In this document: in pieces, positions 40,007 to 49,748 of the stretch | How the letters are laid out: each line of letters opens with the position of its first letter | Position numbering within the stretch: the stretch's first letter is position 1 | DNA from: an uncultured Nitrososphaerota archaeon | GTDB lineage: Archaea > Thermoproteota > Nitrososphaeria > Conexivisphaerales > DTJL01 | Reading direction: 5' to 3' | Assembly: GCA_963842885.1 (NCBI GenBank) | Contig: CAWJIE010000003.1 | Coordinates: 64,001-128,000 of the forward strand | Length of the DNA: 64,000 bases | Program-made: the position numbers and the translations under genes | Notes under the pieces: generated by a model | What the model saw: the letters and a program-made list of their open reading frames with translations, nothing else | What the model was told of the DNA's origin: nothing | Database searches by the model: none

Positions 40007-40981
40007 ATGAAGAACTTCTATCACGTAGACGCGACTTCGTTGAATCAGGCCGTACAGCTCCTTGACAAGTACGGCACGAATGCGGTCGTCATCGCCGGCG
40101 GGACGGAGGAAATCACGACGATGAAGGAATCATCGCTCCCCACTAGCCAGCTCCCGACGTATATCATCAACCTGAAGACGATCTCCCCCGCGCTGAACAC
40201 CATCACGACCGACTCTGCGGGCCTCCACGTGGGACCCCTGGCGACGCTGGCCGATATCGCCGCAAGCGCGACGGTCAGCCAGAGCTGGCCCGCGTTGGCG
40301 CAGGCGGCCCTGTCCGTAGCCACGCCCAACATAAGGAACGTCGGGACCATCGGCGGCAACATCTCTCAGGACGTGTGGTGCTGGTACTACAGGTATGAAC
40401 ACAATCTGTTCAACTGTCTAAGGAAGGGAGGGTCTGTATGCTATGCGACCCTCGGGAACAACACGTACCACTCCATCTTCGGAGGGCCCAAGGGCTGCTA
40501 CTCGGTCCATCCCTCAGACACAGGCGTCGCCCTTCTGGCTCTTGGCGCATCGGTGGTCACCACGCAGCGGACCATCCCCATGAACCAGTTCTTCTACGCG
40601 TTCGCACCAGGGAACGTCCTCAACGCTGACGAGATCATCAAGGACATCGTCGTGCCGACTCCAACGACGGGCAACATGCAGGTCTACCTGAAGTACCGCG
40701 CAAGGAAGGGCTTCGACTTCGCCACTTCCAGCGTCGGGCTGCTGGTGGCACCCGCGACCGGTACGGTGAGCACCGCCAGCATCTGGCTCGGTGGCGTCGC
40801 ACCCGCACCAGTCGAGGCCACTGCCGCCGAGGCCGCGCTGAAGGGCAAGACGATAAGCGCTTCCGTGGCGGCTACGGCCGCTGCCGCCGCTGTCAACGAC
40901 GCCAGTCCGATGCCCCTGAACAACTACAAGATCGCCCTCACGTCTGGCTTAGTGAAGAAAGCAATCTTATCTCAGAGCTAG
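40007..40981 (+). CDS. FAD-binding medium subunit with [4Fe-4S] insert (PaoB/HcrB-like)
   Basis: IAGGT, ATPNIRNVGTIGGN, four Cys in WCWYYR..CLRKGG..CYA..GCYSVHPSD, KYRARKGFDFA. Confidence 0.93.
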   Translation: MKNFYHVDATSLNQAVQLLDKYGTNAVVIAGGTEEITTMKESSLPTSQLPTYIINLKTISPALNTITTDSAGLHVGPLATLADIAASATVSQSWPALAQAALSVATPNIRNVGTIGGNISQDVWCWYYRYEHNLFNCLRKGGSVCYATLGNNTYHSIFGGPKGCYSVHPSDTGVALLALGASVVTTQRTIPMNQFFYAFAPGNVLNADEIIKDIVVPTPTTGNMQVYLKYRARKGFDFATSSVGLLVAPATGTVSTASIWLGGVAPAPVEATAAEAALKGKTISASVAATAAAAAVNDASPMPLNNYKIALTSGLVKKAILSQS

Positions 40982-40990
40982 CATCTGATG

Positions 40991-41005
40991 TTTTTTCTTT
41001 TTTTT
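40991..41005 (+). terminator. Archaeal oligo-T terminator
   Basis: TTTTTTCTTTTTTTT, 10 nt after the operon stop. Confidence 0.75.
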
Positions 41006-41035
41006 GGCGCCTACCGGGAGGATTAGATCGTTAAG

Positions 41036-41758
41036 ATGATCGGACATGCGACGATGGACGCAGGAGGCTGTGGGGGGGCACACGCGGGGCAAGAGCCTTG
41101 CGGGACGGAAAAGCCCTACGTCCACGGAATCCCCCTGCGACGATATGCGGCGCTGGCGACGCTGGCCATGCTCATCACCGCCTCGGTCGGCGGCACAGCC
41201 CTGGCCCAGCAGGTCGAGAGCCAGTGGCAAATCAGCCTCTCCTTCAATCAGCCCACCTTCGTCGTCGGTCAGCCGATCAGCCTCACCGGGAGCCTCTACC
41301 CGCCGCAGCAGGCTACGATCTTCCTCACAATCATCCTCCCCGATGCCAGCGTGAACACCTTCTACGTCGACACCGACACCTCGGGGAACTTCAACTTCAG
41401 CCACGAGTGGGGCGGCCTCGGATACTACGGCGCCTACGGGACCGTCTACCCCCCTCCCGCCGACGCCAACGTCACCACCGATGTAGCCCATTGCGAGCTC
41501 ACCTATGCTCAGACGACGCCGGGAAACACTACGAGCACAGCTTCCCAGGCGGGCACCACGACGCAGACAGTGACGACCACCAGCAGCTCTCAGCAGGAGG
41601 GCTCTGGGTCGTCGCCATCGACTCCGGAGGTGGCGGCCTATAACCTCCTCTACGCAGGGATCGCGATCGCTGCGTGTGCCGTCGTGATGGGCTCCGTCTT
41701 CGCGATCAGGCATAGGAGGTCTGGACGCCGGGCTCCTCTCTTGCCCAGGGAAGCCTGA
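41036..41758 (+). CDS. Surface protein: signal peptide, beta-rich (Ig-like) domain, Thr/Ser linker, C-terminal TM anchor; start likely later than 41036
   Basis: RRYAALATLAML..ALA|QQ; GQPISLTGSL..TDTSGNF; TTTQTVTTTSSS; TM followed by RHRR. Confidence 0.75.
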   Translation: MIGHATMDAGGCGGAHAGQEPCGTEKPYVHGIPLRRYAALATLAMLITASVGGTALAQQVESQWQISLSFNQPTFVVGQPISLTGSLYPPQQATIFLTIILPDASVNTFYVDTDTSGNFNFSHEWGGLGYYGAYGTVYPPPADANVTTDVAHCELTYAQTTPGNTTSTASQAGTTTQTVTTTSSSQQEGSGSSPSTPEVAAYNLLYAGIAIAACAVVMGSVFAIRHRRSGRRAPLLPREA

Positions 41759-41834
41759 TCTGCTGCCGAAGGCCGATAGAACGGATTTTCTGCAGTGAGA
41801 TTAATATAACGGGATGTCTCTCGTAGACACTGTC

Positions 41835-42443
41835 TTGAACAAAGGGGAACTGGCCAAGCTCGTCACCCTGCTCGCCATAGTGACCATCTTGACGGTCTTC
41901 TCCCAGTACAAGATCACCATGGCGGCTGTCCCGTCCGGCTTCGCCACTCTCCCGGCCGACGCCCAGAACAAAGTGAGCGTCACGTCCTTCGACGGGCAGG
42001 CGCAGACGGAGGAGACAAACATTGAGAGTTATGTCATGCCCGTTCCGGATACCGTTTCGACCTGGAATGCGACCACAGGGGTAACGATAGCGCACACGAA
42101 CGTGGCCTCTTCGGGCTGCCAGAGCGTCTTCACCGACAACATCGACGTGAACTTCACCGTCACCAACGATCTGACTGCTCCTGTCAGCGGCGCCATCAAC
42201 ATCACTGTCTACAACGACAAGTCCGGCGAACTTCTGGAGAGCAAAGTGCTGATGTTCACGTACACCCCCGGTCAACCCGCATTTGCTGCCGCCAAGTTCA
42301 GCCTCTCAACGCAGGAGATCCAGCCTGTTTTCCTGGTGAAGGTCACCTTCCCCACAGGTCAGGATGCGGCCTCGGTGACCAGCACGAAGCAAGTCAGCCT
42401 CCTCGAGTTCCTGCTCATGCGAGCGGGCCTGCTCGTCGGCTGA
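41835..42443 (+). CDS. Secreted or membrane-anchored beta-rich hypothetical protein
   Basis: TTG about 27 nt after TTAATATA; N-terminal TM; several NxT sequons. Confidence 0.75.
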   Translation: MNKGELAKLVTLLAIVTILTVFSQYKITMAAVPSGFATLPADAQNKVSVTSFDGQAQTEETNIESYVMPVPDTVSTWNATTGVTIAHTNVASSGCQSVFTDNIDVNFTVTNDLTAPVSGAINITVYNDKSGELLESKVLMFTYTPGQPAFAAAKFSLSTQEIQPVFLVKVTFPTGQDAASVTSTKQVSLLEFLLMRAGLLVG

Positions 42444-42511
42444 TTGGTTGTCCTCCTCGGATAGCCTTAGTCTTTCCTCGCTCCCGTCTGGTCCCGTATG
42501 GGCAAGAGACT

Positions 42512-43687
42512 TTAACGTTGTCCAACGTCATGCCCAGCGGAAGTGCAGGATTGCTCATGAGGGACGGACGCCCCGGCCAGGAGCACGCCGACGATGGGCG
42601 CCACGGGCAGCATCATGGTCAGCCACAACCCTGACGAAGCGACGGCCCCTGCCAAGGCCGGCCCGACGAAAGAGCCGAACCCCAGAGACGATTCGAAGAG
42701 GCCCGCCGAACGCCCCCTCCCCTCTATAGGCCCGCTGAGCATGCTCACCAGGGTCGCGGAGTAGACGAAGCCGAAGGCGGCGCCGGTCACGAAAGAGGAG
42801 ATGACGAGGAGAGAGGCGCTCGGGTGCGGGGTCACGGAGTATAGGGGGAAGCATAGGGCAAGGAGGAGGAAGACGGTCCTGGTAGTCTTCATCCCCAGTG
42901 CCTGCATCACTCTTTCCGAGACTAGGAACGCCATGAGCCGCCCCGCGTAGATGGCGCTTAGAACTGTTCCCCAAAGCGTGACCTCGAAGTTCAAGCTCGC
43001 GGCGTACTTGGGGAAGAATGTCGAAAAGGTGGTCATCGTGAGGCCGTACACGAACGCGTAAGAGAGGAGGCCCGCCGTCGCCCCCGGATCTAGCCTGACC
43101 TTCGGCCTCTCCTGGGAGGCCGTGCGCGCCGAGGGCCTTCCTTCTATGCTGAGGCTCACGAGCAGGGCCGCCGCCATCATGGTCGCTGAAAGCAGGAAGG
43201 TCTCGCCCACCGAAGAGAAGCTCACGACAAGGCTACCCAGGATGGGCGCCGTGATGGCCCCCAGCCCCCAAGCTAGGTTGAACATCTTCATGTTTCTTCT
43301 TAGGTCGGTTCCTCTGAGACTGTAGAGTGCCTCCAAGGGAGGCCAAATCATCGCCCATCCTATCCCTTCCAGAAGCCTCAACCCCACGTAGATGACGGGG
43401 TTGGACACGAGCGTGTAGGAGAGGCAGAGCACCGTGATCAGAGAGGTCCCCAAGACCAAGAGCCGCCTGGGGCCAACTTTGTCGGAAAGCCTCCCCGTCA
43501 GGACCGGGGCGAACATGTACACGACCGACCCCGAGGCGCCCACCAGCCCCACGAGCCAGCTGTCGGCGCCCAGCTGAAACGCCCTGTAGGGGAGGTAGAT
43601 CGAAACCATTACGATGGTCACCTCAGAGATGAAGGAGATGACGGCCGGGAGCTGTTGTCTTTCCACGCGCCTCTGAACGGCGACCAT
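42512..43687 (-). CDS. MFS transporter
   Basis: GRLSDKVGPRR (motif A), RLLEGIG; 12 TM segments. Confidence 0.9.
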   Translation of the reverse strand: MVAVQRRVERQQLPAVISFISEVTIVMVSIYLPYRAFQLGADSWLVGLVGASGSVVYMFAPVLTGRLSDKVGPRRLLVLGTSLITVLCLSYTLVSNPVIYVGLRLLEGIGWAMIWPPLEALYSLRGTDLRRNMKMFNLAWGLGAITAPILGSLVVSFSSVGETFLLSATMMAAALLVSLSIEGRPSARTASQERPKVRLDPGATAGLLSYAFVYGLTMTTFSTFFPKYAASLNFEVTLWGTVLSAIYAGRLMAFLVSERVMQALGMKTTRTVFLLLALCFPLYSVTPHPSASLLVISSFVTGAAFGFVYSATLVSMLSGPIEGRGRSAGLFESSLGFGSFVGPALAGAVASSGLWLTMMLPVAPIVGVLLAGASVPHEQSCTSAGHDVGQR

Positions 43688-43879
43688 GCAAGCTCTTAAC
43701 GTTGCCGCGCTCAGTTCCCTCAGTCCAAGAGGGAAGTACGTAGCATGTCTATGTCAAAGGTAGATATCGCCTATGGTCTATGGTCAACCAAGATGACCTC
43801 CGGTACCTCTCGGACTCACTCTGCACGGGACATCCCTCGGATGAGTCGCCATCTTCGCCGCCGTTAGAATCATGTCGGC

Positions 43880-44022
43880 TTTATACCTCTATGGGCGACC
43901 GCCGAGGCGTCTGGAAGAAGGAGCCCAACGCGGACGTTGGGGTCCACCTTCACGTCGACGCCTTCAAGGAGTACGTCATGAAAGGCCTCTCCCGGTACGG
44001 CACTTCAAAGAGCCTAGAGTAA
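43880..44022 (+). pseudogene. Possible nucleoside hydrolase C-terminal remnant
   Basis: GDRRGVWKKEPNADVGVHLHVDAFKEYVMKGL resembles the IU-NH tail (D.rg..kpNa.Va..vD...F). Confidence 0.4.
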
Positions 44023-45081
44023 GGAGCCGCCCTTCACTATCAGGTCGTCGCCCGACTTCAGCGTGGCGGCGCGCAGGATACCCGCGAAGCTGCCTACCAG
44101 GCCCACCGAGCCCGACGGGAACCTGTCCTGCCCGAAGCCGAACTTCATGAGGGGGTTGATGCCCACCGTCACGCCGTATAGCACCCGCTGCTTCTCTGGG
44201 ATGGCCTCTCCCAGGGCGCGAAGCACCGCGGGGGACTTCCTCGAGCTCCACTTGACGATCGTCCCGCCTTCGAAGACCAGCGTGGCATCCTCGAGGAGGC
44301 CGAACCTCGTCAGAGTCGGCGACAGCTTCGCCTTCCCGGATATGGAGGAGGGATCGACCTCCTTGTATACGTACCCTGGCGGCACATAGCTTACGTTATT
44401 CCCCGATGACACGTCATCGTCGTCCGTCCTCCCGTCCTGGATCTCCAACTCCCCCTTCAGCTCGAAGGTTAAACTTGTGCCCTCTCCCTTGACCGTGACC
44501 TTCCTCCCGTCCACTAGGCTCTTGGCGACATCCCTCGCCTTCCTTCCCACATGGGCGAAGTCCACCAGCGCAGCCTGCAACTGGTGCCGGGTGATGGTCG
44601 CCGGGCTCTTTCCAAAGACGCCGGCGATATCCTCGCCGACATACCCGAACGTCAGCCTCGCTCCTCTCAGCTTCGCCTTCTCGGCGGCCTTGTACCATGA
44701 TTCGTTGTATTTCGTGGAGTCGATGAACTCCTGCCTGGTGATCTGTCTGCTGAAGCTGGCCAGAGGTGGGCCAGGCATGAAGACGTAGGCGTCAGACCCT
44801 GACAGGAGCGCGTATTCATGCTTCCCCATGACCCCCCGGGCGTCCTTCGGCGTGCTGCGGACTCCTTGGATGTAGGTTGCCTCGTCCTCGTAGATCATCA
44901 GGGGAACGGCGCCCATCTTCTTGGCCTCGAGAGAGACCGTGAGGGCGAAAGGCAGGGAGTTGCTCCACGCCTCGATGGTCAGAGATTCCCCTTTCTTCAG
45001 CCCGACGGTCTCTGACAGGACCTTGCGGGCGACCTTCAGATACAGAGGATCGGAAGCGGCCTTCGTTGGCTTCATATTCAA
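44014..45081 (-). CDS. M29/aminopeptidase T-like protein lacking the canonical metal ligands
   Basis: GLKKGESLTI, GTSLTFEL, VPPGYVY, LVFEGGTIV, VGINP match the family fold. Confidence 0.7.
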   Translation of the reverse strand: MNMKPTKAASDPLYLKVARKVLSETVGLKKGESLTIEAWSNSLPFALTVSLEAKKMGAVPLMIYEDEATYIQGVRSTPKDARGVMGKHEYALLSGSDAYVFMPGPPLASFSRQITRQEFIDSTKYNESWYKAAEKAKLRGARLTFGYVGEDIAGVFGKSPATITRHQLQAALVDFAHVGRKARDVAKSLVDGRKVTVKGEGTSLTFELKGELEIQDGRTDDDDVSSGNNVSYVPPGYVYKEVDPSSISGKAKLSPTLTRFGLLEDATLVFEGGTIVKWSSRKSPAVLRALGEAIPEKQRVLYGVTVGINPLMKFGFGQDRFPSGSVGLVGSFAGILRAATLKSGDDLIVKGGSLL

Positions 45082-45370
45082 CTTCTAGGCCGACCTCGCT
45101 GGTATATTTGGCTTGACTCGTAAGCTCAACCCCCATTGGCGTCCGCTTCACGCAGGCCCGAAAGGCTTTCGAGAGGGGTCAGGCTGTGCTGGCCATTCAT
45201 GCTCATAGCGGACGGCCTTATCACTGCTGGAGTATTGCGACGACGCATGACTCCCCCCCCCCACTGCCAGCTGCCCGGCCTTAGAGGGAGCCCATGACGT
45301 CCCCGCCCACCGAAAGTAGAAGAAACGGAGGGTTAAATACCGACGATGGCGCTAGGAGTGAACGATTGGA

Positions 45371-45559
45371 TTGAAAGCCTCGGATCAGATTTTCTACGCC
45401 GGCTTGCTGTGTTTTGTCATTACGCTGGTGGCTATGGGGATAGACCTCCTCCGGGGGACGGTGACGTTGGGGAGCGGCCACGCTGAGGCGGTGGCCCTCA
45501 TCATCATCGGCGTCGTATTCACCTGGATAGGGTTCTACGGGAAGAGCAAGGGCGCCTAG
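45371..45559 (+). CDS. Small two-TM protein (62 aa)
   Basis: TTAAATA upstream; two hydrophobic helices. Confidence 0.65.
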   Translation: MKASDQIFYAGLLCFVITLVAMGIDLLRGTVTLGSGHAEAVALIIIGVVFTWIGFYGKSKGA

Positions 45560-45791
45560 CAGGGAGTCCCTCTCCCGCCGCTCTAAGGCCTGCGCGGCCC
45601 TTCAGATTCGCCTTTGTGCCATGTGCTTCGGATGCCTTCATCGTCGGCAGAGCAGTTCCCAACGAGCTCCAGGTCGAATTCCCCCCCATGGTCACACCTT
45701 CCTCCGTGGTGACCCTGGCGACGCGCTGACCCAGCCACCAGATAGAGTATCATTTCATGCGGGCTCTGTAGTGGCAGGTTCCCTCAAGGGG

Positions 45792-46589
45792 TCATGGTCC
45801 CCGAGTGTCCCTCCGCCAGACACTCTGGCCGAATAGCAGGATCAAAGCCTCCACAGAGAGGGCTGCGCCCAATGACAGGACCGCGGCCAAAAGGATACCC
45901 AGGGCGACCACTGTCGAAGCGAATGTGAAGAAGAACGCCGCCGCGGCAAAGGCGGCCGCCACTACGCCGCGCAGGAAGGGGGCGCTGGCGTCAGCTCCTT
46001 CGTACCTCTGCATGAAAACAGCGAAAACGGTCGCGTAAATCGGATAAGGTGCCAGCAGGCCGCTCCAGCGCGATCCCAACAGGGAGGCTCCTCCGGTGAT
46101 CAGCAGCACCAGAGACGTGGCCGCGACCATACGGGCCGGCAGCTCCCACGAGGAGGGATACCTGGTCGGGATGGCATCCGAGCCCGAGGGCATGATCTTC
46201 AGGGACATGGCTATCCCGACGATGGCCGCTGCCAGGGCGAGGAAGGGGGTCACTCCTGTGAAGCTCAGGAGAGTCGCCACGAAGAAGTAGACTGTGGTGC
46301 TCGCGACGATCGTGACCTGCCAGCTCTCCCTGAAGCTGACCAGGCTGTAGGTCGCACAGTACGAGGCCAGCGGGAGCACGCCCAGTAGAGTCCCCACCGC
46401 TGCCGCCGACGCGAACCCTACGCCTTGCTCGAGCGCCAGGAAGACGAGGACAGGCCCGGAGGTCAGGGGGAGGCCTATGATGAAGCCGCCGACAGAAGGG
46501 CCCCACCTGCGCGCCGCCACGCTCACCGTTAGGATGAGCACAGGAACGGCCACCAGCTTGATTAAAAAGAGGAGGTCGGACTGCGTCAC
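45792..46589 (-). CDS. Conserved eight-TM membrane protein with internal duplication
   Basis: RRWGPSVGGFIIGLPLTSGP versus LGSRWSGLLAPYPI. Confidence 0.75.
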   Translation of the reverse strand: MTQSDLLFLIKLVAVPVLILTVSVAARRWGPSVGGFIIGLPLTSGPVLVFLALEQGVGFASAAAVGTLLGVLPLASYCATYSLVSFRESWQVTIVASTTVYFFVATLLSFTGVTPFLALAAAIVGIAMSLKIMPSGSDAIPTRYPSSWELPARMVAATSLVLLITGGASLLGSRWSGLLAPYPIYATVFAVFMQRYEGADASAPFLRGVVAAAFAAAAFFFTFASTVVALGILLAAVLSLGAALSVEALILLFGQSVWRRDTRGP

Positions 46590-47019
46590 GTCTTAATTCC
46601 GTAAATCAGGCCGGTAAATATGGATGACGTCAGGGGATCCCATTTTCTCGAGAATTCAGGAGACTAACGTCTCCTGCCACAAGCCCTTAACAGCTCAGGA
46701 GGCGTTCGAACTCCGAGGCGCTTAGCGACTGGTAGGCCGCCTGCTCGTAGCATTACCCCATTGGCATGGAAGCGTTCATTGCCTCTTTTGAGTCGGGGGG
46801 CATCTCCGTAAGCAGCGCCGCGCACTTCTCCGCGGCTTCGCTCCATTCGCAACTCTTCTCACGTTCAAGGGCTGATTGGAGAATGGATGGAGCTTGCGAA
46901 GGCCTTCTGATACTCTTTGGCTCCTCTGCACGGCGTCAATAAACGCTCTAAAGAAACTGTGTGACCGCTGCGGGATAATCCTTTAAACCACCCGAGCCGG
47001 GAGGACCGCGTAGCGCTCC

Positions 47020-47790
47020 ATGCCCTTGGAAGCCATCGTAGTGGACTCCGTTACCAAGACCTTCGGCAGGAAGGTGGCGGTGAACAACATCTCCCTGCGG
47101 GTCGAAGCAGGCGAGATCCTCGGCCTTCTCGGGCCCAACGGCTCCGGCAAGAGCACGACCATGAGGATGATCATGGGCATAATGAAGCCCGACTCTGGAA
47201 GAATCTCCCTCTGCGACATCGACGTCCTCAGGCAGCCGACCGACTCGAAGAAGCTTGTCGGCTACGTACCCGAATCCCCCTATCTCTACGAGTACCTCAC
47301 GGCTTCCGAATACCTGGACTTCGTGGGGACCGCGTATGGGATAGCTCCGAGCGATAGGCGGGAGCGCGTGGCGGAGCTCCTGGACGCGCTGCAGATGTCC
47401 GAGCATGTGAATGAAGTCATGAGCGGCTTCTCCCAGGGGATGAAGCAGAAGGTCGCCTTCACCGCGGCACTCCTACACAGGCCTCGCGTCCTGGTGCTCG
47501 ATGAATCCCTCAACGGGTTGGACCCCAGGTCCGCGAGGATTATCAAGGACATCCTCAACCGCCTGTCGAGGGAGGGCGTCGCCATCCTGTTCAGCACGCA
47601 TGTCCTCGAGATTGCAGAGGCCATATGCCACTCCATAGTCATAATGAACGAAGGAAGCGTGATCGCCGAAGGCACGGCCCAGGAGCTCAGGTCCAAGGCG
47701 GGCATGCCCGGATCGAGCCTCGAAGACACCTTCCTGAAGCTCACCGGAAGCGAAGACACTGCAAAAATTGTGGAGGCACTGAGCCTTTGA
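47020..47790 (+). CDS. ABC exporter ATP-binding protein
   Basis: GPNGSGKSTT, FSQGMKQKV, LDESLNGLD, STH. Confidence 0.95.
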   Translation: MPLEAIVVDSVTKTFGRKVAVNNISLRVEAGEILGLLGPNGSGKSTTMRMIMGIMKPDSGRISLCDIDVLRQPTDSKKLVGYVPESPYLYEYLTASEYLDFVGTAYGIAPSDRRERVAELLDALQMSEHVNEVMSGFSQGMKQKVAFTAALLHRPRVLVLDESLNGLDPRSARIIKDILNRLSREGVAILFSTHVLEIAEAICHSIVIMNEGSVIAEGTAQELRSKAGMPGSSLEDTFLKLTGSEDTAKIVEALSL

Positions 47791-49427
47791 GGCGGGCCAC
47801 GGTCGCGAGCCTCGCGGCCGTCCTCTTCAAGTCGTACTTCAGGGCCAGCCGCGCGGGCCGCAGGAGCAACTTCTCCAACCCCAGCTCGATCTTCGCCATC
47901 GACGCGCTCCTGTTCGTCCCCCTCTTCGCCGCCGTCTGGTACCTGGTCCCCGTGGTTCCGTCAGACATCAGGGCTCTGCTGGTGCCCATCGCCGCGCAGG
48001 CCGTCGTAGGCTTCCCTGTGATTCTAACCTCGGCGGTCATCCTCGCGGGGATCCTCTTCGAGCTGGGCACTGCCAGCGGCCTCGCCTCGAGCGAAGCCGT
48101 GAACTGGCTTCCCGTCACTCCGCAGGAGTATGTCGTTGCGGCGTGCCTCTCGCTCGACTTCGCGTATTCACCCTTTCTGGCCTTGGGCCTCGGGCTCATC
48201 ATACCGTTGGCTGTGCAGCTGGGCTTCTCTTCTGTGATACCCTCAATGGTCGTTCTTTCCTTCGTCGCCTTCTTCATGGGAGCCGCGATTGTCGAGGCCA
48301 TCAGGTCCGTGATGAACCGCGTCTCGACCACGGTCTACAGGAAGAGCGGCAGGCTCGGAGCGATCTTCCGCATCGTCCTGGTGATCGTCCTCTTCGTCGC
48401 ATTTCAGCTGGCGTTCCAGCCGACCATTCTTTACCTGGCCCTGTCCGTGATTGTCAAGGGGGTCAGCCTCGTATGGTTCGTCCCTATGGTGTGGCCTTCG
48501 GTGGCCATTGAGGCTCAGCTGTCCTCCGACCTGGTCAGGGCCTCCGTCTTCTTTGCGCTCACCCTGGCCTTCGCATTCGGCCTGTTCGAAGCGTCCTCCT
48601 TCCTCAGGTCAAGGTATTGGTCCCCCGTCCCCGTCACAGTCAGCGTCGCCTCCTCCCCGGTCTACGTCCCTCAGGGGAGGTCCTTCCTCTGGTTGGACGC
48701 CGTCGCATTCTCCCTCGCGTTGAAGGATCTAAGGTCGCTGGTGAGAAGGAAGGAGATGATTAGATTCCTAGCCGTCCCGGTGATGCTCGTCGTCGTCTTC
48801 TTCCTCCCCACGGTCTACAACGGCTACGGCTCCAGCGGGGTGGCTTCTCCTGTCAGCCTCCTCCTGCTGGGCGAGGTCTCAACGATCCTTCCGATCATGC
48901 TATCTTCGATCAGCATTGGACAGGAAGGAGGTTCCATCGCCAACATCTACATGCTTCCCATATCTTCTTCGGAGCTCATTATGGGGAAGCTCTTCATCCC
49001 CTGGGTGATCTCCGGTGCCGCCTCCGCCGCTGTGGTTTCCCTCATTCAGCTCCTCTTTCCCTTCGCCTGGAGCCAGCTCGCCGTCATCCTGGTCGCCTTG
49101 GCCTTCATCGTGTTCATCCAGGGGTTCATCGGGTTGGGCGCGGGGGCGCGATACCCCAACTTCAGCCTGGGCCCCAGGGCCAGGTACGTAACGATGATGG
49201 GCTTCTTCATCGCCTTCCTTGCCGGGCTCTTCTCCACGGCGCTGATGTTCATTCCGTTCGCGGTCTACCTCGTCACGCCGCGCTTCGCATCGCTGGGATT
49301 GGGGGCTGGCGACACGATGCTCGTCGTCCTCGCCCTGACTGCCTCCACCGGCGTCGTCCTCCTGTCTCTTACGAGGGCTTACTGCGTCAGCGGAGTGAAG
49401 AAGTTCCTGTCCGATATGGCGTTCTGA
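47787..49427 (+). CDS. Large ABC-2-like permease (duplicated membrane domain)
   Basis: TTGA overlap; NWLPVT and QEGGS..YMLPIS..LIMGKL; 12 or more TM segments. Confidence 0.85.
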   Translation: MRRATVASLAAVLFKSYFRASRAGRRSNFSNPSSIFAIDALLFVPLFAAVWYLVPVVPSDIRALLVPIAAQAVVGFPVILTSAVILAGILFELGTASGLASSEAVNWLPVTPQEYVVAACLSLDFAYSPFLALGLGLIIPLAVQLGFSSVIPSMVVLSFVAFFMGAAIVEAIRSVMNRVSTTVYRKSGRLGAIFRIVLVIVLFVAFQLAFQPTILYLALSVIVKGVSLVWFVPMVWPSVAIEAQLSSDLVRASVFFALTLAFAFGLFEASSFLRSRYWSPVPVTVSVASSPVYVPQGRSFLWLDAVAFSLALKDLRSLVRRKEMIRFLAVPVMLVVVFFLPTVYNGYGSSGVASPVSLLLLGEVSTILPIMLSSISIGQEGGSIANIYMLPISSSELIMGKLFIPWVISGAASAAVVSLIQLLFPFAWSQLAVILVALAFIVFIQGFIGLGAGARYPNFSLGPRARYVTMMGFFIAFLAGLFSTALMFIPFAVYLVTPRFASLGLGAGDTMLVVLALTASTGVVLLSLTRAYCVSGVKKFLSDMAF

Positions 49428-49521
49428 AGGCCCGAAGGGGGGCCCGGCGGTCCTGACCAGCAAACGGGCTTCCTCCCATCTCCTTGATAAGCCGAGTGAG
49501 CTGGACCTCGGCTTTCCCGAC

Positions 49522-49640
49522 CTATCCAGAGCCCGTCTCCACCTTATTGAAACCTCTGCTCCGGTAGAAAGCGAAGGCCCAGAAGTCCTCTGCCTCGGTC
49601 TTCACGGTGATTCGCCTTGCCCTCCTCCGCGTCGAGGCTC
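49522..49640 (-). pseudogene. GNAT acetyltransferase C-terminal remnant
   Basis: ARRITVKTEAEDFWAFAFYRSRGFNKV resembles motif B (N..A..FY...GF); no in-frame start. Confidence 0.45.
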
Positions 49641-49748
49641 CTCGCCCAAAGCTGAGAGGTGGGCTCGCTCGACGCACATTTGAACATGTGACGCACCGCT
49701 CCGCCGATTCGAATTCTTATATCTCGGACTCCCCTGACGCCTTACGTT

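Noticed and set aside
41776-41810. A fifth operator copy (GAAAATCCGTTCTAT on the minus strand)
   Set aside because: Only the 3-prime part resembles the motif; the GATT..GG half-site is missing and no gene lies downstream on that strand.
45253-45262. C10 homopolymer as a phase-variation tract
   Set aside because: It is intergenic, not within a promoter core or ORF, and homopolymer lengths are unreliable in this assembly.
46695-46760. tRNA-like words (GTTCGAA followed by GCTTAGCGACTGGTAGG and CTCGTAG), possibly a permuted tRNA
   Set aside because: The T-stem and acceptor stem do not pair, and no cloverleaf can be built.
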